From the NCBI GenBank assembly GCA_002269645.1, contig NIVC01000974.1, positions 218,258-282,257 on the forward strand: a DNA stretch of 64,000 nucleotides. The letters are read 5' to 3'. The notes beneath the pieces were generated by a model that was given only the letters and a program-made list of their open reading frames with translations, had not been told where the DNA came from and made no database searches. Origin of the DNA: Macrostomum lignano. Its lineage: Eukaryota. Position numbers and translations under genes: made by a program. Shown here piece by piece: positions 38,845 to 55,526 of the stretch. Every line of letters begins with the position of its first letter. Position 1 is the first letter of the stretch.

Positions 38845-40044
38845 TCACTGCTGCCCGTGCGCGGAGCTGCAGCCGCGGCCCCGGCAGCCTGGCGAGCAGA
38901 ATCGACAGCACGGCTTGTCGGTTGGCGCTGCTGCCGACATCCCCGCAGCTGCCGCCTGCTTCCTGCCCGCGGCCGGCGTTCTGGGCTCCCACAATGGCGA
39001 GGCGGCTTCTCTCCACCTCGCCGGTGCTGCCGCCGCCGGCACCTCCTCTTCCTCCTCATCGGCGGCGGCAGTGCCGAAGGCTCGCTTCTTTGCCGCGCCA
39101 GCATTCTCGCGGACCAGCCCGTTGGAGGCGGAGGCCGTTTCAACAACCGACTCCGTCGCTGTACCGGCCGCTCTCGATGACCTCTGACTTCGGGCCCGAC
39201 GCCCGGACGCTACCAGCTCCGCCCGTTCTTCGCTGACTGCGCCAACGTCAAAGCCGACGTCATCGCCTCGAATTCGCCGAACCAGACGGCGCGGAAGAAC
39301 CGCTCGCCGCAGAGCACGGAGAGGGCCAGCAGCACGATGGACACCGTCCAGGAGGCCAGCTGGGCTGTGGTCATCAGGCTCAGGTAGCGCGGCCCCCGGA
39401 AGTACAGGTACCGTGCGCCCTCCCAGCCGCAGCCTTTGGTGTCGCCTTCGCTAAGCGGCCCGCCGCCGCACCCGCTCAGCTGCCAGGGCATCGACTGGAT
39501 GGCCGCGCAGGTCAGGCCGCCGCTGAAGCCGGGGTGTGATTTGTTCTGTTTTCCTCCCATGACCATCCTCCCCTGACCATCCTCCCCTGACCATCCTCCC
39601 CTGACCATCCTCCCCTGACCATCCTCCCCTGACCATCCTCCCCTGACCATCCTCCCCTGACCATCCTCCCCTGACCATCCTCCCCTGACCATCCTCTCCT
39701 GACCATCCTCCCCTGACCATCCTCCCTGACCATCCTCCCCTGACCATCCTCCCCTGACCATCCTCCCCTGACCATCCTCCCCTGACCATCCTCCCCTGAC
39801 CATCATCCCCTGACCATCCTCCCCTGACCATCATCCCCTGACCATCCTCTCCTGACCATCCTCCCCTGACGCTCACTGAACTTCGGCAGCCAGTTTATTC
39901 GCAGTCTCGCTGTCATCCAGGTCGCGCAGCACCGCCTTGCACCAGTAGGTCTGTCCCAGGGTGAGCACGCAGCTGGAGATGATCTGGCTGGTGCACAGCA
40001 CGGAGTTGAACAGCAGCGAGGGGAAAATTAGCCGACGCAAGTGC
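38845..40044 (-). pseudogene. Partial duplicate of TMEM179B-like exons 2-3 (40044-39877, 39522-38845), lacking its own exon 1 and frameshifted
   Basis: Matches 44320-45520 except for a missing C at ~39266 (catcgcctcg vs catcgccctcg), which gives an early stop at 39210. Confidence 0.75.
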
Positions 40045-40177
40045 CTAAACGATTGGAAGGTTGCGTTTCTTAGAAATGCACTTATAAGATTTTTCGCAAT
40101 GCCCTTAAATGGCGTCAGCTTTTTCACCCGCCAGTGAGTCATTCACTTTCACAAGCCCTTAAACTTTACAACTTTAG

Positions 40178-40830
40178 AGTTTTTTGAGTTTTGGGTTTGT
40201 TGAGTTTTGGGTTTGTTGAGTTTTGGGTTTGTTGAGTTTAGGGTTTGTTGACTTTTGGGTTTGTTGAGTTTTGGGTTTGTTGAGTTTTGGGTTTGTTGAC
40301 TTTTGGGTTTGTTGACTTTTGGGTTTGTTGAGTTTAGGGTTTGTTGAGTTTTGGGTTTGTTGAAATTTGGGTTTGTTGAGTTTAGGGTTTGTTGAGTTTT
40401 GGGTTTGTTGAGTTTTGGGTTTGTTGACTTTTGGGTTTGTTGAGTTTTGGGTTTGTTGAGTTTTGGGTTTGTTGAGTTTTGGGTTTGTTGAGTTTAGGGT
40501 TTGTTGAGTTTAGGGTTTGTTGAGTTTTGGGTTTGTTGAAATTTGGGTTTGTTGAGTTTTGGGTTTGTTGAGTTTTGGGTTTGTTGAGTTTTGGGTTTGT
40601 TGAGTTTTGGGTTTAGAGATTGTTGAGTTTAGAGTTAGAGATTGTTGAGTTTAGGATTTGTTGAGTTTTGGGTTTGTTGAGTTTTGGGTTTGTTGAGTTT
40701 TGGGTTTGTTGAGTTTAGAGTTTAGAGATTGTTGAGTTTAGAGTTAGAGATTGTTGAGTTTAGGATTTGTTGAGTTTAAGATTTGTTGAGTTTTGGGTTT
40801 GTTGAGTTTTGTGTTTGTGAGGTTTGATAT
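40178..40830. repeat. 16-bp GT-rich minisatellite (gagttttgggtttgtt); second copy at 45654-46300
   Basis: Tandem periodicity; lies in TMEM179B-like intron 1. Confidence 0.93.
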
Positions 40831-41409
40831 TTGTAAAGCCTAGCGTATCTAACCTTTAGGGTTTGTGAAGTTTAGGAATTGTGAAGGAGTTAAGTTTATT
40901 TTTTGGTAAGCCTGTCATTACATGCATGACTCAAGGACCACTAGGAACACAAGTAGTCCTTGACAGGACTTTACCGACAGTGCTATGGGCGCATGCAGCC
41001 TCTTGCCTATTTTCATCACAATCTGTACTTTCTGCACTTTCCAGTAAAACAAGAAGATGCAGAACTGCTTGACTTCTTCAGCCACCCTCAAGCGGGAGGC
41101 CGATCGGTTTTCTGTTGCCAAAGGCAAGCAGCTGATTTTTTAAAAGCATTCTGCGATTTCCAACTCGGCGGCAGGCAAACAGAAAAACTGGATCGTCTTT
41201 TCAGTTCAGTTGAAAACCACAGCGCCAGAACCAAGAAGAGACTCCCGATGCTTTTTTGGGACGAAAAATTTCAGCCCAAAAAATCTTAACAACCACCTGT
41301 TGCATCAGGTCTGACATAAGTACTAGCGATATGGCACAGAAACCGTTACCGTAGACTTCTTCTTTTGCTAACGTTTACTAACTAACTAACTGACTAACTA
41401 ACTAACTAC

Positions 41410-41448
<39 letters not shown>

Positions 41449-44319
41449 CTAGACACAGCAGGCACAGCTACAGCAGACACAACAGGCACAGCTACAGCAG
41501 ACACAACAGGCACAGCTACAGCAGACACAACAGGCACAGCTACAACAGGCACAGCAGACACAACAGGCACAGCTACAGCAGACACAGCAGGCACAGCTAC
41601 AGCAGACACAACAGGCACAGCTACAGCAGACACAGCAGGCACAGCTACAGCAGACACAACAGGCACAGCTACAGCAGACACAGCAGGCACAGCTACAGCA
41701 GACACAACAGGCACAGCTACAGCAGACACAGCAGGCACAGCTACAGCAGACACAACAGGCACAGCTACAGCAGACACAACAGGCACAGCTACAGCAGACA
41801 CAACAGGCACAGCTACAGCAGACACAACAGGCACAGCTACAGCAGGCTGATGCTTTATTGGCTGTTGAGCAGAATCTGCCGCCTTCAGAATTATTTGTGC
41901 CGGACAAAAATTTCTTCAATTTTTCCTTTTCACTTTAGTAGATAGATTTTGGACTAATCTACCCGCGCCTTTCCCGAGCTTGGGATTCGAATAATCCGCC
42001 GGGGATTTGATGAGGCTCAGAGGATTCTGGAGTCGTCTTAGTCGAGCCACATCTGTGAATAGCGAATTTGGGAAGGCAGAATGCGGCACCAACAGCAGAG
42101 ACATCTGCTCGAGGCGGGCCGGGCCAGAAATCAATTTAACTCGAGGTCCTCAGCGGGCGGCCAGCGAACCGCAGCCTGTCTGCCAGTTGGAATTGGCCCG
42201 CGGCCACCGCTGCAAGTGCCGAATATCAATTAATTATTCGTATAGCCGAGCTCTGCATTTGCTTGCCTTAGATCGAAATTCCATGGCACCGTAAATTTTA
42301 CACGACCATACGAGTGAGTACACGCGGTCGGTTAAGGTCAGCTATTTTATTCAGTTTTTACGCTTTTGATGTTCACGGTGGTGTGTTCTACATCCTCTGG
42401 TGTGTTCTACACCCTGTGGTGTGTTCTACACCCTCTGGTGTGTTTAACACCCTCTGGTGTGTTCTATACCCTCTGGTGTGTGTTCTACACCCTTTGGTGT
42501 GTTCTACACTCTTTGGTGTGTTCTACACTCTTTGGTGTGTTCTACACCCTCTGGTGTGTTCTATACCATCTAGTATGTTCTACACCCTCTGGTGTGTTCT
42601 ACACCCTCTGGTGTGTTCTACACCCTCTGGTGTGTTCTACACCCTTTGGTGTGTTCTACACCCTCTGGTGTGTTCTATACCCTCTGGTGTGTGTTCTACA
42701 CCCTTTGGTGTGTTCTACACTCTTTGGTGTGTTCTACACCCTTTGGTGTGTTCTACACCCTTTGGTGTGTTCTACACTCTTTGGTGTGTTCTACACCCTC
42801 TGGTGTGTTCTATACCATCTAGTATGTTCTACACCCTCTGGTGTGTGTTCTACACCCTCTGGTGTGTTCTACACCCTCTGGTGTTATACACCCTCTGGTG
42901 TGTTCTACACCCTCTGGTGTTATACACCCTCTGGTGTGTTCTACACCCTTTGGTGTGTTCTACACCCTCTGGTGTGTTCTATACCATCTAGTATGTTCTA
43001 CACCCTCTGGTGTGTGTTCTACACCCTCTGGTGTGTTCTACACCCTCTGGTGTTATACACCCTCTGGTGTGTTCTACACCCTTTGATGTGTTCTACACCT
43101 TTTGGTGTGTTCTACACCTTTTGGTGTGTTCTACACCTTTTGGTATGTTCTACACCTTTTGGTGTGTTCTACACCTTTTGGTGTGTTCTACACCTTTTAG
43201 TGTGTTCTACACCTTTTGGTGTGTTCTACACCTTTTGGTATGTTCTACACCCTTTGGTGTGTTCTACACCCTCTGGTGTGTTCTACACCCTCTGGTGTGT
43301 TCTACACCCTCTGTTGGTGTGTTCTACACCCTCTGGTGTGTTCTACACCCTCTGATGGTGTGTTCTACACCCTCTGGTGTGTTCTACACCCTCTGGTGTG
43401 TTCTACACCCTCTGGTGTGTTCTACACCCTCTGGTGTGTTCTACACCCTCTGGTGTGTTCTATACTCTGCTGCGTTCTACACCCTTTGATGGTGTGTTCT
43501 ACACCCTCCGATGGTGTGTTCTACACCCTCCGTTGGTGTGTTCTACACCCTCTGTTGGTGTGTTCTAAACCCTCTGTTGGTGTGTTCTACACCCTCTGTT
43601 GGTGTGTTCTACACCCTCTGTTGGTGTGTTCTACACCCTCTGTTGGTGTGTTCTACACCCTCTGGTGTGTTCTACACCCTCTGGTGTGTTCTACACCCTC
43701 TGTTGGTGTGTTCTACACCCTCTGGTGTGTTCTACACCCTCTGGTGTGTTCTACACCCTCTGGTGTGTTCTACACCCTCTGTTGGTGTGTTCTACACCCT
43801 CTGGTGTGTTCTACACCCTCTGTTGGTGTGTTATACACCCTCTGGTGTGTTCTACACCCTCTGTTGGTGTGTTCTACACCCTCTGGTGTGTTCTACACCC
43901 TCTGGTGTGTTCTACACCCTCTGTTGGTGTGTTCTACACCCTCTGTTGGTGTGTTCTACACCCTCTGTTGGTGTGTTCTACACCCTCTGTTGGTGTGTTC
44001 TACACCCTCTGGTGTGTTCTACACCCTCTGGTGTGTTCTACACCCTCTTATCTGCTGTCTCCTACACCAGTTAAACCTTCGAACACTACAAACTTTGAAA
44101 TGACTGGTACCTTTCGATAGACATGAGCATTTCAAAGACTGCAAATAGTTGTTACCTGTATTCCTTTTTTTGCATGAGTCATTTTCAACTGCCGACTTTC
44201 AACAAATTGAATTCGTTAATGGATGCAGACCGATCAGCATGCTTGCTGGGTTTATTTGTAAGCATCAAACATTCAAACAAAATCGAATTCAATTTTCAGA
44301 TTGACAGCTCGATGGCCAA

Positions 44320-48071
<3,752 letters not shown>

Positions 48072-48436
48072 TGGAACGACAGATAGGTGGGATCTGTTTT
48101 TTGTCACTGAAGCTTAATTCACTTCAAGCAGAGTCTAAAATAGGTGTAATACTGCTGTGGCTCAGGACGCCTGGGGAGTATTTTCTATTCGATAGAATTC
48201 TGCTAGCCAATGAATAACCAGCTGCCATTTCAGAATGTTTGACATCCAAACTATATGCATGTAGATCACAGGCTAGTCTTCTAGCTTCTATAGCCACGCA
48301 CTATTAAGCTTAAAACACACGCGTGAATCGTGCAAAGTTTATGGGCGGCTGATTATTGAAAATAATTTTTTTCTTGGCTCCAGAGGAAATGCAGAGGAAA
48401 TACAACTCTATAATACGTGTAGGGTAGAATATAGAT

Positions 48437-49640
48437 ATGCACATGTGGGGCAGCGGAGCGAGCGTCCGCGTGTCCGCGTGCGTGAACGAAATCGGCGTGG
48501 TCGGCAATGTGGTGCCGCCCGTCCAGCTGCTGCCGCTCTGGCCCATACGGATCCTCTGGGTGGCGCCAGGGACTGAGAGGCTCATCTACATCGAGCCCCA
48601 GCCGTACCGCAGGGCACGCTTCGGGTCGGGACGCTGCACTGCCGCACTCTCAAGGCCGCCTGGCGGACATCGCACTGCAGGAGGTGTCTATAAAGACTGA
48701 TCCAGGGCTTCACTGTGAGGATCTGGGCGCCGGATGGACCTTCTACTACACATCGGCGGGCCAACGAGGCCGTGGAGGGGTTGGAGCGCTGGTCGGAGCA
48801 GTCGCTACGTCTCTCTGTCCCATCGGCTGCTCCGGGTCGATGTTCGGCTTCGCGGCCGGAACGCTCGCCTGTTCTGCGCGTACGCGCCTCCTGCCACCCG
48901 ACCTGACGAGGCTCAAGAATTCTTTTAGCAGCTCTCGATACAGGTGGAGGCAACGGCGCAGCGTGACAATCCTCGGAGACCTAGGAAAGCTAGCGCTTTC
49001 ATTGCGCTCGGCGGCAAGCGTGGAGGTGCCGAGTACGTGGTGTGCGCTGCAGTTCGAGCCGCCGCGGAGCAAGCAGTCCCGCTGATGCGACCGGCCCAGA
49101 GAGAGCAGCCGGTATGGCAAGACGACCCTGCGATTCGGCAAGCGAGGCCGGAAGAGCTGGAGAGACTCCGTTTGAGCAGGCGACCTACCCGCGAGGCAGA
49201 GGAGGCCTTGGCGGCTGTCTATCTACAGCGCCAGCAGGCGGCTGTTGATGACGCCATTCGGGCCGTCTCTGCTGCTGGGCTCGATGCCAGAGGCCGCGTG
49301 GCCTGGTCGGCTATCAATGCTCTGACGGAGCGAAAGCGGCGCATTCCGCTAAACCTGCAGGCGACTCTGGGGACGAGCGCAGGAACGAGCTGCGTGAGTT
49401 CTTCGCCGCCGTTGTCAACGCGCCGCCACCCCACTGCCAGACAGTCTGACGCTGCCGCCGGAGATGCCGCTGCCGGCAGAGGAGAGCTTCAGCCTAGCAC
49501 CAGTCAGCACAGCCGACGTTGTGAGGCTCGCCCAACAGTCACCAGGCTGGGTCCGGTTTCAATCCCCACGCCACAGTGCCAGCAACGCACGTACATCTAT
49601 TCAGGCTGTGAACATGGCAGCGCTCAGATGTACCGCACAA
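48437..49640 (+). mobile_element. Decayed non-LTR retrotransposon (RTE-like) with a frameshifted APE endonuclease and no RT core
   Basis: APE motifs are spread over three frames: DIALQEV, GWTFYYTSA..RGRGGVGALV, RLLRVDVRL..ARLFCAYAP, VTILGDL. A pre-RT segment (FSLAPVSTADVVRLAQQSPG) follows and then homology stops; no YADD motif seen. Confidence 0.72.
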
Positions 49641-51181
49641 TCGCTGCAAACGGACAGCCCGCTGACTGCACACCTGAAACCCTAATTAATTGCTGTGGGT
49701 CACTGTTAGCGTATTTCTTTTGACGTTGATTAACGTGTATTAGTTTATATTTTTGTAAAACGTAGCTAGGATGACTTATGCTGTAATTTAAGTAGTCTTT
49801 GGTGCAGTGTTCGCGCGCTTCCTTTTTAATCTCTTCCAAAAACGGTAAAAATCTATTCCATGACTGATAAGTATGCCGAATTTTTCGGTTTGTATATGCA
49901 TCTTAAAAGTATTTAAAGCAAGGAAGGTGTATTCGATCATTGGGATCAATTCTTTTGTTTATGAAGTAACTACTTACAAATTACAAAAGACCTTTCCAAA
50001 ACTTTAGACAGTGTGAAGTGAAATATCGCAAAAGCAATTTGTCAGGCTCGGATTTGATCGGATTTGATCGAAAAATACGGTACTTATAACAAAATAGATG
50101 CAGCTGTTCCTGTTGTCTGTAAAAATAAAGCCAAAATTGGAATGAAATGCTTGTCTCTTGACAAGCTTATGTTTCAGAAAAAAGTAGTTTAAATCAGCGA
50201 TGAATTAGATAAACCAGCTAGCGTATTTACAATTCTGCAATTTATTACCTATTTTTTTATTAGAATAGTAGTAGACTTAAGAAGGTTATTCCCAGAACTT
50301 AAGTATTTCACTAACGGACTGATGGACTACTATTGGACTACATACTACTTTAAATTTAGTTATTACGCACATCCTTATACTATAGTCTCATGACAATATT
50401 TATGCATTGTGATCTATTAAACTAATGACTGGCTTCTGCATGCCATAGCCTATGGCACAGGCATAGCAGATTCAGATTGAGATTGCTAGAATAGGCTTAG
50501 GCCTTGACTTGACTAAGGTTGACTACCTTAAATACTCTAATACTACTGTTTACTATTTAATACTACTTTGTTTACCACCTTGACTATTTGACTTGTTGTT
50601 AAGCTTACACTAGACCATAAAATTGTATGATAAAATAATGCCAAATTTTTTGTAACATAAATGCAGCCTAAGTTTCCTGACCAACTAGTATAATTTCAAG
50701 CTTATTTGAAAAAACACCATGCATTTTTAGATATCACCTTAGCTCATTTAGCAAAGCCAATGTGGTTTAGATTAATTTAGTTTTGTATATATATAGTATC
50801 TTTAGAAATTATAGTCTTAACAAAATGGTATCTATGTTTTTTTTTTGTATCCAGCATTTCAGTGCCCCAGTGCCAGTTTGCTTTTCAGTGCCTAAATTAT
50901 GTTAGACTTAGACACAAAATATAAAGTAAGCCCTTATTTAACAATAAGTATTTTGTAATACTTTTTTACTTTAAATAACTTGAGGTATTATTCATTTTGT
51001 TAAGCTAACTTGCTGTTTTTTGAAAAAAAGACTCTTGTTGGTTGTTGACTCAAGTTACATTTAAGTTTTTGTCTCAATTTCTCAAGAAATCAAATGAGCA
51101 TGTGACTCAAAGAATATAATATTAAATTGGATTTGTCAAATTTTATAATTTTGATCAAAACTATATAGTAGTATTATTATT

Positions 51182-51902
51182 GGCAGTGCTTATCCCCACG
51201 GTACCGTAGGAATAATTTTCTGCTTATCCGCATGGCACACTGAGGAGATAGCTGCCCTATCTTCTACACATGCCGTGCGAATAATTTTTTGCTTATCCGC
51301 ACGGCACACTGAGGAGATAGCTGCCCTATCTTCTACATATGCCATGCGAATAATTTTCTGCTTATCCGAATTGCGAATTTGCGAATTCACATGAGTAGTA
51401 AAATTCTACAGAAGCGGCAATGGACTATATACAATAAATCACGGCGAGATCAGATTAGACTTTGCTAAAAATTTAAATAATAAACAATTCTTAGAGTTAA
51501 TTTAATTTAAATCATTTGTTACTACACAAAAAAAATTCTTTCTCATAGAAAAGTCGTTAAATCTTTATTTCTTTAGAACAAATGTTCAAGCCAAGTTTTG
51601 TTGTTATACTGCACTCAAATCTAAATATACTAAATCTCTAATATTTGTTTGTTTGTATGCTTGAATGTCCATAACACTCTAGTCGTATGTACTAAACTTC
51701 CCACATGGCTTATGTAGAAGATAGGGCAGCTATCTCGTCAGTGTGTTGTGCGGATAAGCAGAAAATTATTCGCACAGCATGTGTAGAAGATAGGGCAGCT
51801 ATCTCCTCAGTGTGCCGTGCGGATAAGCAGAAAATTATTCGCACGGTACCGTTGGAATAAGACAGAAATTATTCCTACGGTACCGTGGGGATAAGCACTG
51901 CC
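51182..51902. mobile_element. Non-autonomous foldback/MITE DNA transposon, 721 bp, with ~190-bp TIRs built from ~72-bp subrepeats
   Basis: Begins ggcagtgcttatccccacggtaccgtaggaataatt and ends aattattcctacggtaccgtggggataagcactgcc; ATT flanks both ends. Confidence 0.88.
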
Positions 51903-52848
51903 ATTATTATTAGATTTCATCTTTACCTAGAGCATAAAATCTAAAAGTAAACATTATTCTAACAAATGCACTATAAATTTAAGAAAGTTAAATTAATATT
52001 AAAATGTTACAAAGTATTTATAACATAAAGATAGAGGCACAAAGATAGTTGAGTATATATATATAACATAATAAAAAATCCAATAAAACAATATAATAAT
52101 ATTAAGCCTGGAATAATAGTCACAAGAGTTCAATTATTGCTACTACTGCTAGGCCTAGCTACCAAATTGTAGGATATGGCCAAGGCATATGTAGCTAGGT
52201 AGAAAACTGCTGATAACTGATAGAAAAATCTATCAAGTATGCTGCATAGAAGCCTTGCTGCTATATGCAATAGTTGGTTGCCTCCCCATAGTGGAAGAGA
52301 TAGCCTTGCAATTTAGAAAGAAGGAAAACAGAATGCAATGCTTACTACATAGCAGCCTTAAAGTCTAGGATATAGGCCTTGGGCACAACCTGGTTAGCAA
52401 GTAGCTCCTTTATCATGCTGAAAATAGCTTGGTAGTTGGGAATAGACTTGCAACTGTCCTTGATGGTACAATTGTTAGTATGCAGCAACTGAAATGCTTA
52501 TGCCAAAACAATAGCAACAATGCTGCTATGTCAATATTGAGAATTTGAATCAGTTTGTCATGTAAGATGACAAAGTGTCTTGGAACTATTGGAAATATGA
52601 GCATATCTAAAAATATCAATTTCTATTATTCACATGTCTTCTTGAGCACTATTTTTTTCTTATATTTTTAGTAGTTAATCTGTCAATAATTCATTAAATA
52701 TCTAATGGATAAATAATAAATAATAAATCATCCAATTAAAGAAACATAGTCTAGAAATACAGTAAAGTATACTGTTTTTAAGATGGTTAAAATAAAAAAA
52801 TTCTCTTATTGGATCTTAAAATTAAAATATTGTGATAACCATGCTTGG

Positions 52849-53012
52849 GCGCAACCTAGGGATTCACCCGGCCGTTTCTATTGGCAACACACACACACAC
52901 ACATGTAAGTCGCTATTGGACGGAATAATAGTCACGTGACTGATCTCAGCCAATAGCGACTTACATGTGCGTGTTGCCATTAGAAACGGCCGGGTGATTC
53001 CCAAGGTTGCGC
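52849..53012. mobile_element. Hairpin/MITE-like element: 63-71-bp inverted arms around a 30-nt loop, with a 10-bp direct repeat gtgataacca at 52832 and 53020
   Basis: Arms 52849-52919 and 52950-53012 are near-perfect reverse complements; the left arm has an expanded (CA)n. Confidence 0.8.
52930..52941. promoter_or_regulatory. Palindromic E-box AGTCACGTGACT (CLEAR/MiT-TFE/USF-type), ~580 bp upstream of the VAMP ATG
   Basis: Exact match to the GTCACGTGAC consensus; function untested. Confidence 0.35.
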
Positions 53013-53522
53013 ATGTATGGTGATAACCAAATTACACATACTAAATGACATCTCATTATGAAAAATAAGCTTCACAATATATGTAATTACATTTTATTTC
53101 CATTTTTCAAAAAGTCTTTTCATCTGTAAGTAGACAAAAAGGCTATGCACATATATTATTTTTAAATATCACAATTACTAAAAATACTTAATTTGCCAAG
53201 AAAAAATTATCCATGACCAAGGCCAACTACTACAGCTATATTGTACATAAGCTCATATAGCTACATAGAAACCATAACCACTTTGTGAGGTTTTTTATTT
53301 TTAGTATTAAAGAAATCAATTTTGAAACAATGAGCAACCAAACTAGAAAGAATATAATTAAATAATAATAATCAACCTACTTACTATATCAGTAGTATAA
53401 AGTTATCTCCTTCATTACACTTTGGTTGCCTGCATTTTCTAGGACCTTTTTTCTATAAGCAAGTTTGTAAAAAGTGAACTTAACTTTTCAGCCAACCGGT
53501 GCTTACCAGCTAACATACTACT

Positions 53523-53927
53523 ATGAGTAACCGACCAGGTCAGTACACTTATGGCTCAGGTGCTGGTGGCGCCGCCGGCAATCCAGGCGGAGGAGGCGCG
53601 CCCGGCGCCAACCCCGGCGCCAACTCCAACATGACCAACGATCAGATGAACCGGCTGCAACGCGATGTCAATGACGTCACTGGAATCATGCGCGACAACA
53701 TGAACCGTGTCATCGAGCGAGACGCCAACCTGAACGATCTGATGGCCCGCTCGGACAATCTGCACGAGTCCGCCGTAGTGTTCCAGCGCACCAGTCAGCG
53801 CGTGTCGCGCAAATACTGGTGGCAGAACACCAAAATGAAGATCATTATTGCCGTTGTGGTAATCGTGCTAATTATCATCATTGTCATTTCTATTCTGGCT
53901 TCAACCGGCGCCTTCGATAAGAAATAG
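53523..53927 (+). CDS. Brevin-type R-SNARE (synaptobrevin/VAMP), most like VAMP8/endobrevin, 134 aa, intronless
   Basis: SNARE motif LQRDVNDVTGIMRDNMNRVIERDANLNDL with the zero-layer Arg, then RKYWWQNTKMKII and a C-terminal TM helix ending ASTGAF. Confidence 0.9.
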   Translation: MSNRPGQYTYGSGAGGAAGNPGGGGAPGANPGANSNMTNDQMNRLQRDVNDVTGIMRDNMNRVIERDANLNDLMARSDNLHESAVVFQRTSQRVSRKYWWQNTKMKIIIAVVVIVLIIIIVISILASTGAFDKK

Positions 53928-54065
53928 GCGTCACCTGCCGCCGGGCGTTCGCTTCAGTGATTATCCAGATTGTGTGAGCAGCCGGACTCTGGATTGCTAT
54001 TTGATTTTTTCTCTGCTTGTCTGTCTTTAAATTTTGTGTACAATTTCACTGGCTAATGCTGCACT

Positions 54066-54520
54066 AGGCTGTCCTACTGAATGACCTGAAGGGGACAGCG
54101 GTGTCCTGCTGAATAACCTGAAGGGAACAGCGGTGTCCTACTGAATGACCTGAAGGGGGCAGCAGTGTCCTGCTGAAAAACCTGAAGGGGGCAGCAGTGT
54201 CCTGCTGAATAACCTGAAGGGGGCAGCAGTGTCCTACTGAATAACCTGAAGGGGGCAGCAGTGTCCTGCTGAATAACCTGAAGGGGGCAGCAGTGTCCTG
54301 CTGAATAACCTGAAGGGGGCAGCAGTGTCCTGCTGAATAACCTGAAGGGGGCAGCAGTGTCCTGCTGAATAACCTGAAGGGGGCAGCAGTGTCCTGCTGA
54401 ATAACCTGAAGGGGGCAGCAGTGTCCTGCTGAAAAACCTGAAGGGGGCAGCAGTGTCCTGCTGAATAACCTGAAGGGGGCAGCAGTGTCCTGAAGGGGGC
54501 AGCGGTGTCCCGCTGAATGA
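54066..54520. repeat. 32-bp minisatellite (cctgaagggggcagcagtgtcctgctgaataa), ~14 copies
   Basis: Tandem periodicity visible directly. Confidence 0.93.
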
Positions 54521-55526
54521 GCAGAAATAGACGGGGTCCGCGTGTATCTATAGAACACTTTGAAGTCGTGTGGGCCGGATCGACTTCGCATGCTAGCAAA
54601 TGCTTAATTGCCATATCATTCATTCAATTGTGCTGTTGTATATCCGTGACGTACGAGTCACGGAACCGCTTTGATTGTGTTTTTATGCAGGCTCTAAGAT
54701 TTTTTTAATTGCTTTTTTTTAATTTCCGCAGCGAATTGCGCAAACGCCCCAAGGTGACTGACTTTTGTCGCGCACTGGTTGATCTGTGCTACTAAATTTT
54801 GGCTGTTTATTAAAATATTAATTCTCGACCCATTCATTCATCTCGATTTGTGCGTGTGTCTAATTGCGCGTAAAGCCGGGCTATAAAATTTACAACCGCT
54901 TCCCATCCTAATTTTTCTCGCTTTATCAAAATAACTGTCTTCCCGAAATTTAGTTTTTTTACTTAAATTAATCTAGCAAGTTAGTTTCTTCAAGCTGTAT
55001 TACTAGCAGTAGTAGTGTCTGGTTGTGCTCCGTTAGTTTTTGCCTTCCAAGCGAACAAACGCAGTAGTTATGTAGAGGTCGTGCGGTCTGCCGTGCTTCA
55101 AATTCAAATGCCGCCATATGATAATATTACTAATAGTAACCACTGCTGCCATGATTTTGTGCAATCCTTTTACGCTCCCAACGTCTTTAATTATTTTTGT
55201 ATTACTGCACATTTATGTATGCCTACAAAATAAAATAATTTTTTATTGGTGCGGAATCACGCCTCGGTACGCATGAAGCCACAAATGGGATTTTATAAAG
55301 CGCAGATTTTATAAAGTCGCGCACTATACTTATTTTACTATTGTAATATTGTAATACAGTAAAGTTTGGGCGCATTATCGAAGCAGTCGGGGCAAACTAT
55401 GGACCAACGGATACTGAAGATGCGTAGAACAAATGCTGGAAATTTTATCGCTGGCTTAATTTACAAATCTTATTGATTATTTAATTCGCAGATCATATGG
55501 AAAATTTGGCCAATGCCGTGAGAGGC

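Noticed and set aside
40960-41289. 109-aa ORF, duplicated at 46436-46765
   Set aside because: It lies antisense within TMEM179B-like intron 1, starts at a non-ATG codon and shows no homology I recognise.
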